From positions 4,259 to 68,258 of the forward strand of contig CAVRTI010000006.1 of the NCBI GenBank assembly GCA_963723975.1: DNA of 64,000 bases. Reading direction: 5' to 3'. The notes beneath the pieces are model-generated. The model did not search any database. It saw nothing but the letters and a program-made list of their open reading frames with translations, and was not told the DNA's origin. The translations under genes and the position numbers were made by a program. This stretch comes from an uncultured Actinomycetota bacterium. Its GTDB lineage: Bacteria; Actinomycetota; Actinomycetes; JACCUZ01. Below are positions 31,414-41,282 of the stretch, piece by piece; within the stretch, counting starts at the first letter, position 1; the number at the start of each line of letters is the position of its first letter.

Positions 31414-34335
31414 TCAGTCGTGCGGGTAGCGCTCCGCGATCTCGGCCGCCTCGTAGCGCGTGGCGACGTCCAGCTTCCGCAGGATGTTCGACACGTGCAC
31501 GCTCGCCGTCTTCGTGCTGATCACCAGTGCCTTGGCGATCTCGCCGTTCGTCCGCCCGGCGGCGAGGTGGCCGAGGATCTCCCGCTCGCGCCCGGTCAGG
31601 GTGGCCGCGGGGCCGCCGGCGCCGGCAGCGACGCGTTGTGGAGCACGCAGGTCGATGCGGGTCCGTCGGGCGCTGGCCTCGACCTCCGCGAGCAGCGGTC
31701 CGGCCCCGAGCCGGCGGGCGTCGTCGGCGGCCTGCCGCAGGCTCTCGGCCGCTCCCCCGAGGTCCCGGTCGGCGACCTGCGCCTGGGCGAGCCGCCACCG
31801 CGCGTAGCCCAGAAGGTAGGGCCGTTCCGCGCCGGCCAGTGCCGCGACCGCCGTGCGCCAGGGCGGCACCCCGGCTGCCGCGCTGTGCCGGGACCGCTCG
31901 GCGGCGCACAGCGCCCGTACCTGCTGCGGCCGCGAGCCGGGCAGGGCGGTCGGCCCGCAGGCTCGCTCGACCAGGCTGTCGACGACCGCGGCCGTCTCGT
32001 CCCAGCCGGCGCCGCCGGGAGCCCCCGAACCGGTCCGGCGACGCGCGTCACCGACGTCGGCCAGGGCGCGGGACCCGAGCCAGGCCAGCGGTGCCGACAG
32101 CGCGAGCAGCCGGTCGGTCGCGGTGCCGGCGAGCTCAGCAACCGCGGCCAGCGCCGCGTCCGGGTCTCCCCGCCACAGCAGGGCCTCGGCCTGCGCCTCG
32201 CAGCGCAGGACCTCGAGCACCGCCGGGAGGCGGTGGACGTCTGCGAGGTCGGCGTCCAGCCGGTCCCACTCGCCCCGCAGCGACGACAGCCGGGCCCGCA
32301 TCACCAGCGCGTAGTCGCGGTTGGCCCCCTGGACGTGCCTGGTGTGCGCGAGCGCGGCGCCGAGGAAGGCCTCCGCCTCGTCCCACCAGCCGTAGGTGAG
32401 GGAGAGCTCCGCGCCCTGCGAGCTCAGCCATGAGCCGTACCGGATGCCCAGGCCACGCTCGGTCACCGCCGCGACGCCGGCGGCTGCGGCGTCGACGCCC
32501 TCGCGACCGAGACCGGCGCAGCTCAGGCAGTCGACCAGGTTGCTGTAGGTCTGGCCGACCAGCTCGGGCTCGCCGTCGGCCAGCGCGAGCGCTACTGCCT
32601 CGCGGGCGTCCCGGACCAGGGTCTCGGCAGCAGGCTGGACGGTTGTCCTGATCACCAGGGCGCGGGCCACCGCCGCGCCGTCCCCGGTGGCCCGCGCGAT
32701 GTTCACCGCCTCGTCGGCCAGCGGCTCCCAGTCGCTGCCGCCGCCCGCCCAGTCGAGGACGTGCACCAGGCCGGACACTACGACCCCGCGCGCCGGAGTC
32801 GGCGGGTCCGCCGGCACCAGGTCGACCGCGCGCCGGGCCGCAACCAGGGCCGCGTCGGTCCGGCCGTCATCGAGCAGGAAGCGCGCGTACTGCGCCTCGA
32901 GCAGACCGAGCCGCACCGGGTCGACCTCCGGATCGGCCTGCAGCCAGGACCTGACCCGCTCGATGATCTCCACGGCGTCGATGTCGTGGTCGCAGATCGC
33001 CGCGATCGAGGCGGCTCGCGAGAAGACGTCCACGGCGTCGGCACCGACCAGCGCCTCGGCGTCGGGCACCGCCGGCCACAGCCGGCGCACCCGGTTGTAC
33101 TGGCGGTGCGCCTCGTCGTACGCGTAGACGTCCTCAGCCGCCTGGGCGGCGCGCAGCGACCAGGACAGCGACCGCCGCGCGTCGCCCGCCCGGTCGGCGT
33201 GCTCGGCCACCTCGCCGGGCCGGACGTCGGCCACCTGCTCCAGGGCGTCGACCAGCCGGGCGTGCACGGCCCGTCGCTCGCCGGGCAGGAGGTCGGCGTA
33301 GATCGCCTCGGCCAGCAGTGCGTGCCGCAACGACACGCAGCCGTCCGCCTCCACGACGAGCAGCTGAGCGCGCACGCCCTCGTCGATGGCGTCGTCCACC
33401 GAGGTGCCCGACCCGCTGCCCGCCGCGACCGAGGCCAGCAGCGCCGGGGGAACCCGCTCGCCGGCCGCAGAGACCGTGCGCAGGACCTCCGCCGTTCCCG
33501 TCGTGCAGGCCCGGCTGCGGCGGACCAGCACCTCGCGCAGGCTGGCCGGCAGGGTGTCCTCGTCGCCGGCCAGCGCGGCGCGCATCAGGGCCTCGGCGGC
33601 GTACGGGTTCCCGTGGGACCGGGCATGGATCCGCGCGACCAGCGAGTCGCCGAGCAGGAACCGGGGGTCGCCGCCGAGCAGGTCTCTCAGCTGGGTCCGG
33701 GTCTCGACCAGGGTCATCGGGCCGAGCTGCGCCTCGATGACCTGCGGCCCGCGGCGTACGTCCTGGAGCCATTCGCCGAGGACCTCGTCGACCTCATCGG
33801 GCCGGAACGCGACCACGAGGGCGAGCCGCTGCCGGTCCAGCGCCGCGCACAGGTAGGCGAGGACCTCGAGGCTGGCGACGTCCGCACAGTGCAGGTCGTC
33901 GAGCACCAGGACGGTCGGTCGCAGCTCGGCGGACCGGTCGAGCACCGAGGAGACTGCGGCGATCAGCCGCGCCTGGTCGGACGGGCCCTCCCGGCCGACG
34001 CCGAGCTCCGGGAGCAGCAGGCCGAGGTCGCCAGGGTCGTTGCCGAGCACCCGGGGTACGTCGGCGCGGGGCAGCCGGGCGAGCAGCGAGCGCAGCGCAG
34101 CCACCAGCGGCGCGTACGGGATGCGGCCGCCGAGGAAGCCGACCCCGACCCCGCGGCAGACCACCGTGCCGACCGGCAGCTGGGACACCACCTCGTCGAG
34201 CAGGCGGGTCTTCCCGGCGCCGGCCTCGCCGGAGATGAGCGCGACGCCGGGCTGGTCGTCCGCCGCCGCCGTGACGAGAGCGAGAACGCGGGCGAGCTCG
34301 CCGTCGCGCCCGACGAAGGCCTGACGTCGCGGCAT
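31414..34335 (-). CDS. Large ATP-binding LuxR-family (LAL/MalT-like) transcriptional regulator
   Basis: MPRRQAFVGRDGELARVLALV...LISGEAGAGKTRLLDEV (AAA_16 P-loop), a long helical-repeat middle and a C-terminal LuxR HTH LTGREREILGHLAAGRTNGEIAKALVISTKTASVHVSNILRKL. Intact over 2.9 kb. Confidence 0.88.
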   Translation of the reverse strand: MPRRQAFVGRDGELARVLALVTAAADDQPGVALISGEAGAGKTRLLDEVVSQLPVGTVVCRGVGVGFLGGRIPYAPLVAALRSLLARLPRADVPRVLGNDPGDLGLLLPELGVGREGPSDQARLIAAVSSVLDRSAELRPTVLVLDDLHCADVASLEVLAYLCAALDRQRLALVVAFRPDEVDEVLGEWLQDVRRGPQVIEAQLGPMTLVETRTQLRDLLGGDPRFLLGDSLVARIHARSHGNPYAAEALMRAALAGDEDTLPASLREVLVRRSRACTTGTAEVLRTVSAAGERVPPALLASVAAGSGSGTSVDDAIDEGVRAQLLVVEADGCVSLRHALLAEAIYADLLPGERRAVHARLVDALEQVADVRPGEVAEHADRAGDARRSLSWSLRAAQAAEDVYAYDEAHRQYNRVRRLWPAVPDAEALVGADAVDVFSRAASIAAICDHDIDAVEIIERVRSWLQADPEVDPVRLGLLEAQYARFLLDDGRTDAALVAARRAVDLVPADPPTPARGVVVSGLVHVLDWAGGGSDWEPLADEAVNIARATGDGAAVARALVIRTTVQPAAETLVRDAREAVALALADGEPELVGQTYSNLVDCLSCAGLGREGVDAAAAGVAAVTERGLGIRYGSWLSSQGAELSLTYGWWDEAEAFLGAALAHTRHVQGANRDYALVMRARLSSLRGEWDRLDADLADVHRLPAVLEVLRCEAQAEALLWRGDPDAALAAVAELAGTATDRLLALSAPLAWLGSRALADVGDARRRTGSGAPGGAGWDETAAVVDSLVERACGPTALPGSRPQQVRALCAAERSRHSAAAGVPPWRTAVAALAGAERPYLLGYARWRLAQAQVADRDLGGAAESLRQAADDARRLGAGPLLAEVEASARRTRIDLRAPQRVAAGAGGPAATLTGREREILGHLAAGRTNGEIAKALVISTKTASVHVSNILRKLDVATRYEAAEIAERYPHD

Positions 34336-34641
34336 CGGGACACAGTCGCGCTGCAGGGGGACTCCCGTCAACGGCTCTTCTGAGGTAGCGCAGGGCAGAT
34401 CTGAGGTGGTTCGCCCCATGCATGCCGGGTCTGGATGTCCCAGAGTGAGCGCAGGTCACCGGGATCCTCCGGGGACCGGGGGGACGCTCACGGGGGAGCC
34501 ACGGGGGCACGCACGGGGACGGTCCGCTCGCCCGGGGGAGGCGGCGGGCCGGGTGCGCGCGACAGCGGCCGCGGCGGGAACCACCGTCGCGGCCGCTGCC
34601 TGCGTGCGTCGTGGCGCCGGTCGTGGGATAGGACTGGTCCT

Positions 34642-36030
34642 ATGAGCGACGACTTCCGGACCGAGCACGACTCGATGGGCGAGGTGCGGGTGCCCGCTGC
34701 CGCCCTGTGGCGGGCGCAGACCCAGCGCGCCGTCGAGAACTTCCCGATCTCCGGCATTCCGATCGACCGGGCTCTGATCGGTGCGCTGGGCTCGATCAAG
34801 GGAGCCGCCGCCGACGTCAACGCCGAGCTCGGCGTCGTCGACGCGGACATCGCGAACGCGATCCACGACTCGGCCGCCGAGGTCGCTCGCGGGGACCACG
34901 ACGCGCAGTTCCCGATCGACGTGTTCCAGACCGGCTCGGGCACCTCGAGCAACATGAACGCCAACGAGGTCATCGCCACCCTGGCGACCGCGCGCCTCGG
35001 CCGTGACGTGCACCCCAACGACCACGTCAACGCGTCGCAGTCGTCCAACGACGTGTTCCCCTCGGCGATCCACATCGCCGCCACCCGCAGCGTCGTCCGC
35101 GACCTGGTGCCCGCGCTCGAGCACCTCGAGGCGTCGCTACGGCGAAAGTCCGCGGAGTTCAGCGAGGTCGTCAAGAGCGGCCGGACGCATCTGATGGACG
35201 CGACACCGGTGACCCTCGGCCAGGAGTTCGGCGGCTACGCCGCGCAGATCCGGTACGGGATCGAGCGGGTGCAGTCGACGCTGCCCCGGGTGGCCGAGCT
35301 ACCGCTCGGCGGCACCGCGGTCGGCACCGGCATCAACACCCCACCGGGTTTCGCGGCCCGGGTGGTCGGCCGGCTGGCAGAGGACATGGACCTGCCGCTG
35401 ACCGAGGCGCGCGACCACTTCGAGGCGCAAGGCGCCCGGGACGCCCTCGTCGAGCTGTCCGGCCAGCTGCGCACGGTCGCGGTGTCGCTGACGAAGGTCT
35501 GCAACGACCTCCGCTGGATGGGCTCCGGTCCGCGCACCGGTCTGGCCGAGATCGCGCTGCCGGACCTGCAGCCCGGGTCGTCGATCATGCCCGGCAAGGT
35601 GAACCCGGTGATCTGCGAGGCGACGCTGATGGTGTGCGCGCAGGTGATCGGCAACGACACAGCAGTCACCGTCGCCGGCGCGTCCGGAAGCTTCGAGCTC
35701 AACGTGATGATGCCGGTGCTGGCGCGCAACGTGCTCGAGTCGTTGCGCCTGCTTTCCAACGCCTCGCGGCTGCTCGCCGACCGGTGCGTCGACGGCATCA
35801 CCGCCGATGTGGAACGGTGCCGCGAGATGGCGGAGTCGTCGCCGTCGGTTGTCACGCCGCTCAACCGCTACATCGGCTACGAGGCGGCCGCCAAGGTGGC
35901 CAAGCAGTCGTTGTCGGAGCGCAAGACGATCCGCCAGGTAGTGCTGGAACGCGGGCACGTCGACCGCGGCGAGCTCACCGAGCAGCAGCTGGACGAGGCT
36001 CTGGACGTGCTTCGCATGACGCGCCCGTGA
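34642..36030 (+). CDS. fumC: Class II fumarate hydratase
   Basis: [34 protein letters not shown]...[11 protein letters not shown] signature. 462 aa, intact. Confidence 0.93.
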   Translation: MSDDFRTEHDSMGEVRVPAAALWRAQTQRAVENFPISGIPIDRALIGALGSIKGAAADVNAELGVVDADIANAIHDSAAEVARGDHDAQFPIDVFQTGSGTSSNMNANEVIATLATARLGRDVHPNDHVNASQSSNDVFPSAIHIAATRSVVRDLVPALEHLEASLRRKSAEFSEVVKSGRTHLMDATPVTLGQEFGGYAAQIRYGIERVQSTLPRVAELPLGGTAVGTGINTPPGFAARVVGRLAEDMDLPLTEARDHFEAQGARDALVELSGQLRTVAVSLTKVCNDLRWMGSGPRTGLAEIALPDLQPGSSIMPGKVNPVICEATLMVCAQVIGNDTAVTVAGASGSFELNVMMPVLARNVLESLRLLSNASRLLADRCVDGITADVERCREMAESSPSVVTPLNRYIGYEAAAKVAKQSLSERKTIRQVVLERGHVDRGELTEQQLDEALDVLRMTRP

Positions 36031-36749
36031 GCCGACCCGCGTACTGGCAACCGGGCGAGACGATCCTGTGGCGCTACACCCGGCCGCGGCATCCGAGCGA
36101 GTCTCTGCGACCGATGCGCGTCGTGCGCGACGACGCCGACGGGCTGGTGGCCTGGCTCGCCCCCGGTACCCCGCTGCTGCGGCCGGTGCTCGCCGACGGC
36201 AACGACCTGCGCTCGGTGCCGGTGGCCGAACGGTTCGACGTCGACCGGCATGGCCGCGCGAACCGGCTCGACAACTGGCGCGGCCACGGCGTCCTCAAGG
36301 TCGCACCGGCCGGCGTGCCATGGTCGGTGTGGCTGTTCCGGGAGCAGCAAGGCTTCCGCGGCTGGTACGTGAACCTCGAGTCGGTGCACGAGCGAGCGGA
36401 CCACCAGGTCGTGACCGAGGACCACGTCCTCGACGTCGTGGTGACAGCGGACCGCCGGGCCGAACGCAAGGACGAGGACGAGCTGGCAGCCGCCGTCGCA
36501 GCCGGCCGGTTCACGGCGGCCGAGGCGGCGGCGATCGAGGCTGACGCCGCGGCCGTCGAGGACGTCGTACGCCGGTGGGCGCCGCCGTTCAGCGACGGCT
36601 GGGAGGACTGGGTGGCCGACCCGTCCTGGCCCCGACCCGAGCTTCCACCGGCCTACCTGGCCGAGGCCGCCTACCGCTGCGGTGGTCAGTACCAGCCCTG
36701 CGACGGAACGTCGACCAGGCGCCGCACGGCGTGCCGTAGCTGTCGTTGA
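36027..36749 (+). CDS. DUF402-family protein
   Basis: GTG overlapping the fumC stop (GTGA). [14 protein letters not shown]...[11 protein letters not shown]...DHVLDVVV pattern. The 3' end overlaps the convergent hydrolase gene by about 64 nt. Confidence 0.7.
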   Translation: MSRPAYWQPGETILWRYTRPRHPSESLRPMRVVRDDADGLVAWLAPGTPLLRPVLADGNDLRSVPVAERFDVDRHGRANRLDNWRGHGVLKVAPAGVPWSVWLFREQQGFRGWYVNLESVHERADHQVVTEDHVLDVVVTADRRAERKDEDELAAAVAAGRFTAAEAAAIEADAAAVEDVVRRWAPPFSDGWEDWVADPSWPRPELPPAYLAEAAYRCGGQYQPCDGTSTRRRTACRSCR

Positions 36750-37302
36750 TGTAGGCCAGGCCCCACTCGATCTGGGTGACGGCGTTGTCCTGCCAGTCCG
36801 CGCCGTACGCGCTCATCTTGGAGCCGGGCAGCGCCTGCGGGATGCCGTATGCGCCGGAGGACGGGTTGCTGGCGTGCACCTCCCAGGACGACTCGCGCTC
36901 CCACAGGGAGGACAAGCAGGAGAACTCGCCGGCGCCCCAGCCATAGCGCTCGGACATCATCGCGGCGGCGATGCGCTGCGGGTTGCCGTCGTACGACACG
37001 GAACGGGAAGCCGAACGGGCGGCGCGATCGCGGCGCTGGCGCGCCTCCCGGGCGACCGCGGCAGCCTGACGGCGGTGCCGCTCCTTCAGCTTCGCGAGCA
37101 CGAGACCGGCGGGCCGGTCGGAACGGGTGACCGACGCGCCTTCAGGGAGCGGGCCGACGCGGGTCACGACGGTGCCCGCCGTCCGCGGCTCGCCCTCGGC
37201 CGGCCAGGCGGCGATGCCGAGGGTCACGGCTGTTGCTGCTGCGGCCACGGTCGCCGCGGCTGCGGTCCCCCGGATCGGTGCCTTCCTGTTGCGGTGCGTC
37301 AC
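36686..37302 (-). CDS. Secreted transglycosylase-like cell-wall hydrolase, -1 frameshift 20 nt before the stop
   Basis: AAGGAA-N6-GTG start. Signal peptide VTHRNRKAPIRGTAAAATVAAAATAVTLGIAA. Catalytic-domain motif SLWERESSWEVHASNPSSGAYGIPQALPGSKM. The conserved terminus SQGWY-stop is reached only after a 1-nt correction near 36705. Confidence 0.8.
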
Positions 37303-37349
37303 GCGCTGTTCCTTCCGGCGCAGGCCTGCCACCTCATGCGTGGCGGGCT

Positions 37350-37458
37350 TGACGTCACCCCGGTCGCCGGCCGATCGGGCCGGGACGTCACGCAGGTCGT
37401 CATCTGTCGAGCCGGCTGTCTACGTCACTGTCAGTGACGGGGCCGTGACCTTGACGTG
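37350..37458 (-). promoter_or_regulatory. GTCAC/GTGAC repeat array with a 15-bp perfect palindrome in the hydrolase leader
   Basis: TGACGTCAC (37350-58), GACGTCAC (37384-91), ACGTCAC (37422-28), palindrome GTCACTGTCAGTGAC (37424-38), CGTGAC (37444-49), TGACGTG (37452-58). The array lies 49-156 nt upstream of the start codon. Confidence 0.35.
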
Positions 37459-37559
37459 CGGGGTCTTACCACCTGAGAGTGCAGGAAGTCCCAGGCAGAT
37501 AGCCAATTTTCGGTACGTGGGCTCGGTCACACCAGCTGGTGCAACCTACTGAACGCCGA

Positions 37560-37588
37560 GATCCCGGTCACGATGCGTGACCGGGATC
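37560..37588 (-). terminator. Perfect 13-bp hairpin downstream of phoH2
   Basis: GATCCCGGTCACG-atg-CGTGACCGGGATC, 41 nt after the phoH2 stop. No U tract (I-shaped type, common in actinobacteria). Confidence 0.6.
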
Positions 37589-37628
37589 CCGGAAATGCGG
37601 GGATAAAGGCGGGTAGCGCGCCCCGGCC

Positions 37629-38945
37629 TCAGGCCGGCAGGTCCTCCAGCATCTCGGTGACCAGCGCCGCGATCGGCGACCGCTCGGAGCGCGACAGCGT
37701 CACGTGCGAGAACAGCGGGTGCCCCTTGAGCGCCTCGATCACCGAGGCGACGCCGTCGTGCCGGCCGACCCTCAGGTTGTCCCGCTGCGCCACGTCGTGG
37801 GTGAGGACCACCCGCGAGCCGGCGCCGATCCGGGACAGCACGGTCAGCAGCACGTTGCGCTCCAGCGACTGCGCCTCGTCGACGATGACGAACGCGTCGT
37901 GCAGCGAGCGGCCGCGGATGTGGGTCAGCGGCAACACCTCGAGCATGCCGCGATCCATGATCTCTTCGACGACATCGCCGGTGACCAACGCGCCGAGGGT
38001 GTCGAACACCGCCTGGCCCCAGGGGTTCATCTTCTCCGACTCGCTGCCCGGCAGATAGCCGAGGTCCTGGCCCCCGACCGCGTACAGCGGACGGAACACC
38101 ACCACCTTGCGGTGCTGCTGGCGCTCCATCACCGCCTCGAGCCCGGCGCACAGGGCAAGCGCCGACTTGCCGGTGCCGGCCCGGCCGCCGAGCGAGACGA
38201 TGCCGATGTCCGGGTCCAGCAGGATGTCCAGCGCGATCCGCTGCTCGGCGCTGCGGCCGTGCAGCCCGAACGCGTCGCGGTCGCCGCGGACCAGCCGCAC
38301 CTGCTTCTCCGGCGTCACCCGGCCCAGCGCACTGCCCCGGTCGGAGACCAGCACCAGGCCGGTGTGGCAGGGCAGGTCACGGGCCTCGACCAGGTCGACT
38401 CGGTCGGCCTCGTACAGCTCGTCCACCAGCTCGCTGGGCACCGCCACCTCGGCCATCCCGGTGAAGCCGGCGTCGACCGCGCCCATGCCGCGGTACTCCT
38501 CGACGGTCAGCCCGACCGCGCTGGCCTTGACCCGCATCGGGAGGTCCTTGCTGATCAGCGTGACGTGCGCGCCCTCCTCGGCCAGGTTGCGAGCCACCGC
38601 GAGGATCGTCGTGTCGTTGTCGCCGACCCGGCCCGCGGGCCGGAAGCCGGCCGGCAGCACCGTCGGGTCGGTGTGGTTGAGCTCGACGCGCAAGGTGCCG
38701 CCTCGCTCGCCGACCGCGACCGGCTCGTCCAGCCGGCCGTTGGTGACGCGCAGGTCGTCGAGCAGCCGCAGGGCCTGGCGGGCGAAGTAGCCCAGCTCGG
38801 GATGGGCCCGCTTCGCCTCGAGCTCGGAGATGACGACGACGGGCAGCACCACCTCGTGCTCGTCGAAGCGCAGCAGGGCGTGCGGGTCAGCCAGCAGCAC
38901 ACTCGTGTCGAGGACGAAGGTGCGCTGGCGGTCGGCAGTAGCCAC
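37629..38945 (-). CDS. phoH2: PIN-domain plus PhoH-like ATPase (PhoH2)
   Basis: N-terminal PIN ([18 protein letters not shown]...VISELE). C-terminal PhoH ATPase [12 protein letters not shown]...[11 protein letters not shown]...[11 protein letters not shown]. Intact 438 aa. Confidence 0.92.
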   Translation of the reverse strand: MATADRQRTFVLDTSVLLADPHALLRFDEHEVVLPVVVISELEAKRAHPELGYFARQALRLLDDLRVTNGRLDEPVAVGERGGTLRVELNHTDPTVLPAGFRPAGRVGDNDTTILAVARNLAEEGAHVTLISKDLPMRVKASAVGLTVEEYRGMGAVDAGFTGMAEVAVPSELVDELYEADRVDLVEARDLPCHTGLVLVSDRGSALGRVTPEKQVRLVRGDRDAFGLHGRSAEQRIALDILLDPDIGIVSLGGRAGTGKSALALCAGLEAVMERQQHRKVVVFRPLYAVGGQDLGYLPGSESEKMNPWGQAVFDTLGALVTGDVVEEIMDRGMLEVLPLTHIRGRSLHDAFVIVDEAQSLERNVLLTVLSRIGAGSRVVLTHDVAQRDNLRVGRHDGVASVIEALKGHPLFSHVTLSRSERSPIAALVTEMLEDLPA

Positions 38946-39218
38946 GTGGGGTTCCCCTTACACCCGCACCCGAACGTGCCGGCTGCAGGTGCCGATCGCG
39001 CGCGGGTGAGTTCCGATGACCGGGACCAGGCCCGAGAGCCGGTCGCCGGCCCTCTCTCCTGCTCGATCAGAGACTGATCGACGCATGCGCATCAGCACGG
39101 AGTGGGCCTCCCGAGCGTCCGGCGCGGATGCCGTCCGCTGGTTCCGGACGGTACGCCGGGCGGGGGCACCGGACCGGCCGACACGCGGACCGTTCATCCA
39201 TTCGCCCGTCGGCGCCGC

Positions 39219-39974
39219 TCAGCCGCCGAACCGCCGGTTGCGCGCGGAGTAGGCGCGGATCGCGCGCAGGAAGTCGACCTTCCGGAAGTCCGGCCAGTAG
39301 GCCTCGCAGAAGTAGAACTCCGAGTGCGCGCTCTGCCAGAGCAGGAAGCCGGACAGCCGCTGCTCGCCGGACGTCCGGATCACGAGGTCCGGGTCGGGCT
39401 GGCCCTTGGTGTAGAGGTGCTCGGCGATGTGCTCGACGTCGAGCACGTTGGCGAGGTCCTCGATCGTGGTGCCCTTCGACGCGTGCTCGTGCAGCAGCGA
39501 CCGCACCGCGTCGGCGATCTCGCGCCGACCGCCGTACCCCACGGCGACGTTGACGTGCAGGCCCGGCACCTCGGCCGTCCGCGTCGCGGCGTCCTTGAGG
39601 GCGCGCGCGGTGTCGGCCGGCAGGAGGTCGAGGGCGCCGACCGGATGCACCCGCCAGCGGCCGGCCACGGCGATGTCCTCGACGAGGCCCTCGATGATCG
39701 CCAGGAGCGGGGTCAGCTCGGACGCCGGGCGGTTGAGGTTGTCGGTCGAGAGCAGCCAGAGGGTGACGACCTCGACACCCACCTCGTCGCACCAGCCGAG
39801 GACCTCCTCGACCTTGTCGGCGCCGGCCCGCCAGCCGCGCGACTTGGGGGCGCCGGAGGCCTTGGCCCACCGCCGGTTGCCGTCCAGGATCACGCCGACG
39901 TGCCGCGGGATCTGGTCAGGGTCGAGCGAGGCCGCGATGCGTCGGGCGTAGAAGCCGTACAACAGGTCTCGCAC
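39219..39974 (-). CDS. uppS: Isoprenyl (Z-prenyl) diphosphate synthase, UPP synthase family
   Basis: HVGVILDGNRRWA, NVAVGYGGRREI and IRTSGEQRLSGFLLWQSAHSEFYF. Intact 251 aa. The position matches the Rv1086-type short-chain enzyme, so the symbol is tentative. Confidence 0.9.
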   Translation of the reverse strand: MRDLLYGFYARRIAASLDPDQIPRHVGVILDGNRRWAKASGAPKSRGWRAGADKVEEVLGWCDEVGVEVVTLWLLSTDNLNRPASELTPLLAIIEGLVEDIAVAGRWRVHPVGALDLLPADTARALKDAATRTAEVPGLHVNVAVGYGGRREIADAVRSLLHEHASKGTTIEDLANVLDVEHIAEHLYTKGQPDPDLVIRTSGEQRLSGFLLWQSAHSEFYFCEAYWPDFRKVDFLRAIRAYSARNRRFGG

Positions 39975-40085
39975 GATCGCTCAGGGTAGACCTGCCCCGC
40001 GGGGCATCCGGTGCTCACCCGGTGCGCGTTCGGCGAAGATCCGTACTGGTTGGTAACTTACGGTGCCGTAGGTTATCGTGACGCG

Positions 40086-40769
40086 GTGACCCCCACTTCC
40101 GACCCGCACGGCGGCATAGTCGACGAGGTCGTCCGCGCGGTCAAGCCGAAGCTGCGGGGATGGCTGCACGCCGGCACCTTCCCGCTCTCGGTGGCCGCCG
40201 GCATCGTCCTCGTGGCTCTCTCCGGCGGCACCGACGAGACGATCGCCAACGCCGTCTTCGCCCTCAGCACGGCCCTGCTCTTCGGCACCAGCGCGCTCTA
40301 CCACCGCGGCAACTGGTCGCCCGGGGTCGAGCGCCAGCTCAAGCGCTTCGACCACTCCAACATCTTCCTGATCATCTCCGGCACCTACACGCCGTTCGCC
40401 GTCATCCTGCTGCGCGACCACGGCGGCGACACCCTGCTCTGGATCGTCTGGGCCGCAGCACTCGGCGGCATCGCCTTCCGGATCCTCTGGGTGGGTGCGC
40501 CCCGCTGGCTCTACACACCGATCTACCTCGCGCTGGGCTGGGTCGCCGTCTTCTACATCGCCGACATCTACCGGACCGGCGGTGCCGCGGTGGTCACCTT
40601 GCTCGCGGTGGGCGGCCTGCTCTACAGCGTCGGCGCGGTGGTCTACGCGATCAAGCGGCCGAACCCCTCGCCGCGCTGGTTCGGCTTCCACGAGGTGTTC
40701 CACGCGTTGACCCTCGGCGCGTACGTCGTGCACTACGTGGCCGTGTCGCTGGTGACCTACCAGCACTGA
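40086..40769 (+). CDS. Hemolysin III / PAQR family membrane protein
   Basis: KPKLRGWLHAGTFPL...LYHRGNWS...FDHSNIFLIISGTYTPF...FHEVFHALTLGA. GTG at 40086 preferred (TAGGTT -10-like box upstream). The ORF maximum start is 40011. Confidence 0.88.
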   Translation: MTPTSDPHGGIVDEVVRAVKPKLRGWLHAGTFPLSVAAGIVLVALSGGTDETIANAVFALSTALLFGTSALYHRGNWSPGVERQLKRFDHSNIFLIISGTYTPFAVILLRDHGGDTLLWIVWAAALGGIAFRILWVGAPRWLYTPIYLALGWVAVFYIADIYRTGGAAVVTLLAVGGLLYSVGAVVYAIKRPNPSPRWFGFHEVFHALTLGAYVVHYVAVSLVTYQH

Positions 40770-40814
40770 GGCGAGTCGCGCTGTCGGAGTTCCGGAGGCC
40801 AGATACTCCTGACC

Positions 40815-41147
40815 ATGGCGTACGACGAGGAGCTGGCGAGCCGCATCCGTTCGGTCGTCGCGGGTGCGAGCGGGCTCACCGAGAAGCGCATGTTCGGCGG
40901 CCTAGCGTTCCTGATCAACGGCCACATGGCCGTCAGTGCCAGCAGCAAGGGCGGCCTGCTGCTCCGTGTCGATCCGGCGCAGACGGAGGCTCTGGTCGAG
41001 GAACCGCACATCGGACGCTTCGAGATGCGGGGCCGTGAGATGGACGGCTGGCTCCGTGTCGATGCTGAGGCGGTCGAGACCGACGCCGAGCTGCGGAGCT
41101 GGGTGCGCCACGGCGTCGACTACGCCCGGTCACTGCCAGCCAAGTAG
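40815..41147 (+). CDS. TfoX N-terminal domain family protein
   Basis: MAYDEELASRIRSVVAGASGLTEKRMFGGLAFLINGHMAV is the typical TfoX_N start. 110 aa. Confidence 0.8.
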   Translation: MAYDEELASRIRSVVAGASGLTEKRMFGGLAFLINGHMAVSASSKGGLLLRVDPAQTEALVEEPHIGRFEMRGREMDGWLRVDAEAVETDAELRSWVRHGVDYARSLPAK

Positions 41148-41282
41148 ACGCACCACGACTACCGCCATGACCAGCCGGACGCCGAGCCCGAGCAACGCGC
41201 AGCCCAACTCAACTCCCTCCCCAGACCACCCGGCCGCGACCGGCGCTGACGGCGCCTTGCCAGGCGTCACGAGACCCGACGG

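Noticed and set aside
37424-37438. CRP/FNR-type site for the GTCACTGTCAGTGAC palindrome
   Set aside because: The half-site order is TCAC...GTGA on both strands, whereas the CRP consensus is TGTGA-N6-TCACA. The spacing is also too short.
37303-37560. c-di-AMP (ydaO) riboswitch upstream of the cell-wall hydrolase
   Set aside because: Only loose resemblances (CCGAGCCCACGUACC, CCGGGGUGA) and in the wrong order relative to the consensus I remember (GGGGACCCA ... GGGGUGAAUC ... CCGAACCCGACAGCUAACC). Not claimed. A covariance-model scan is needed.
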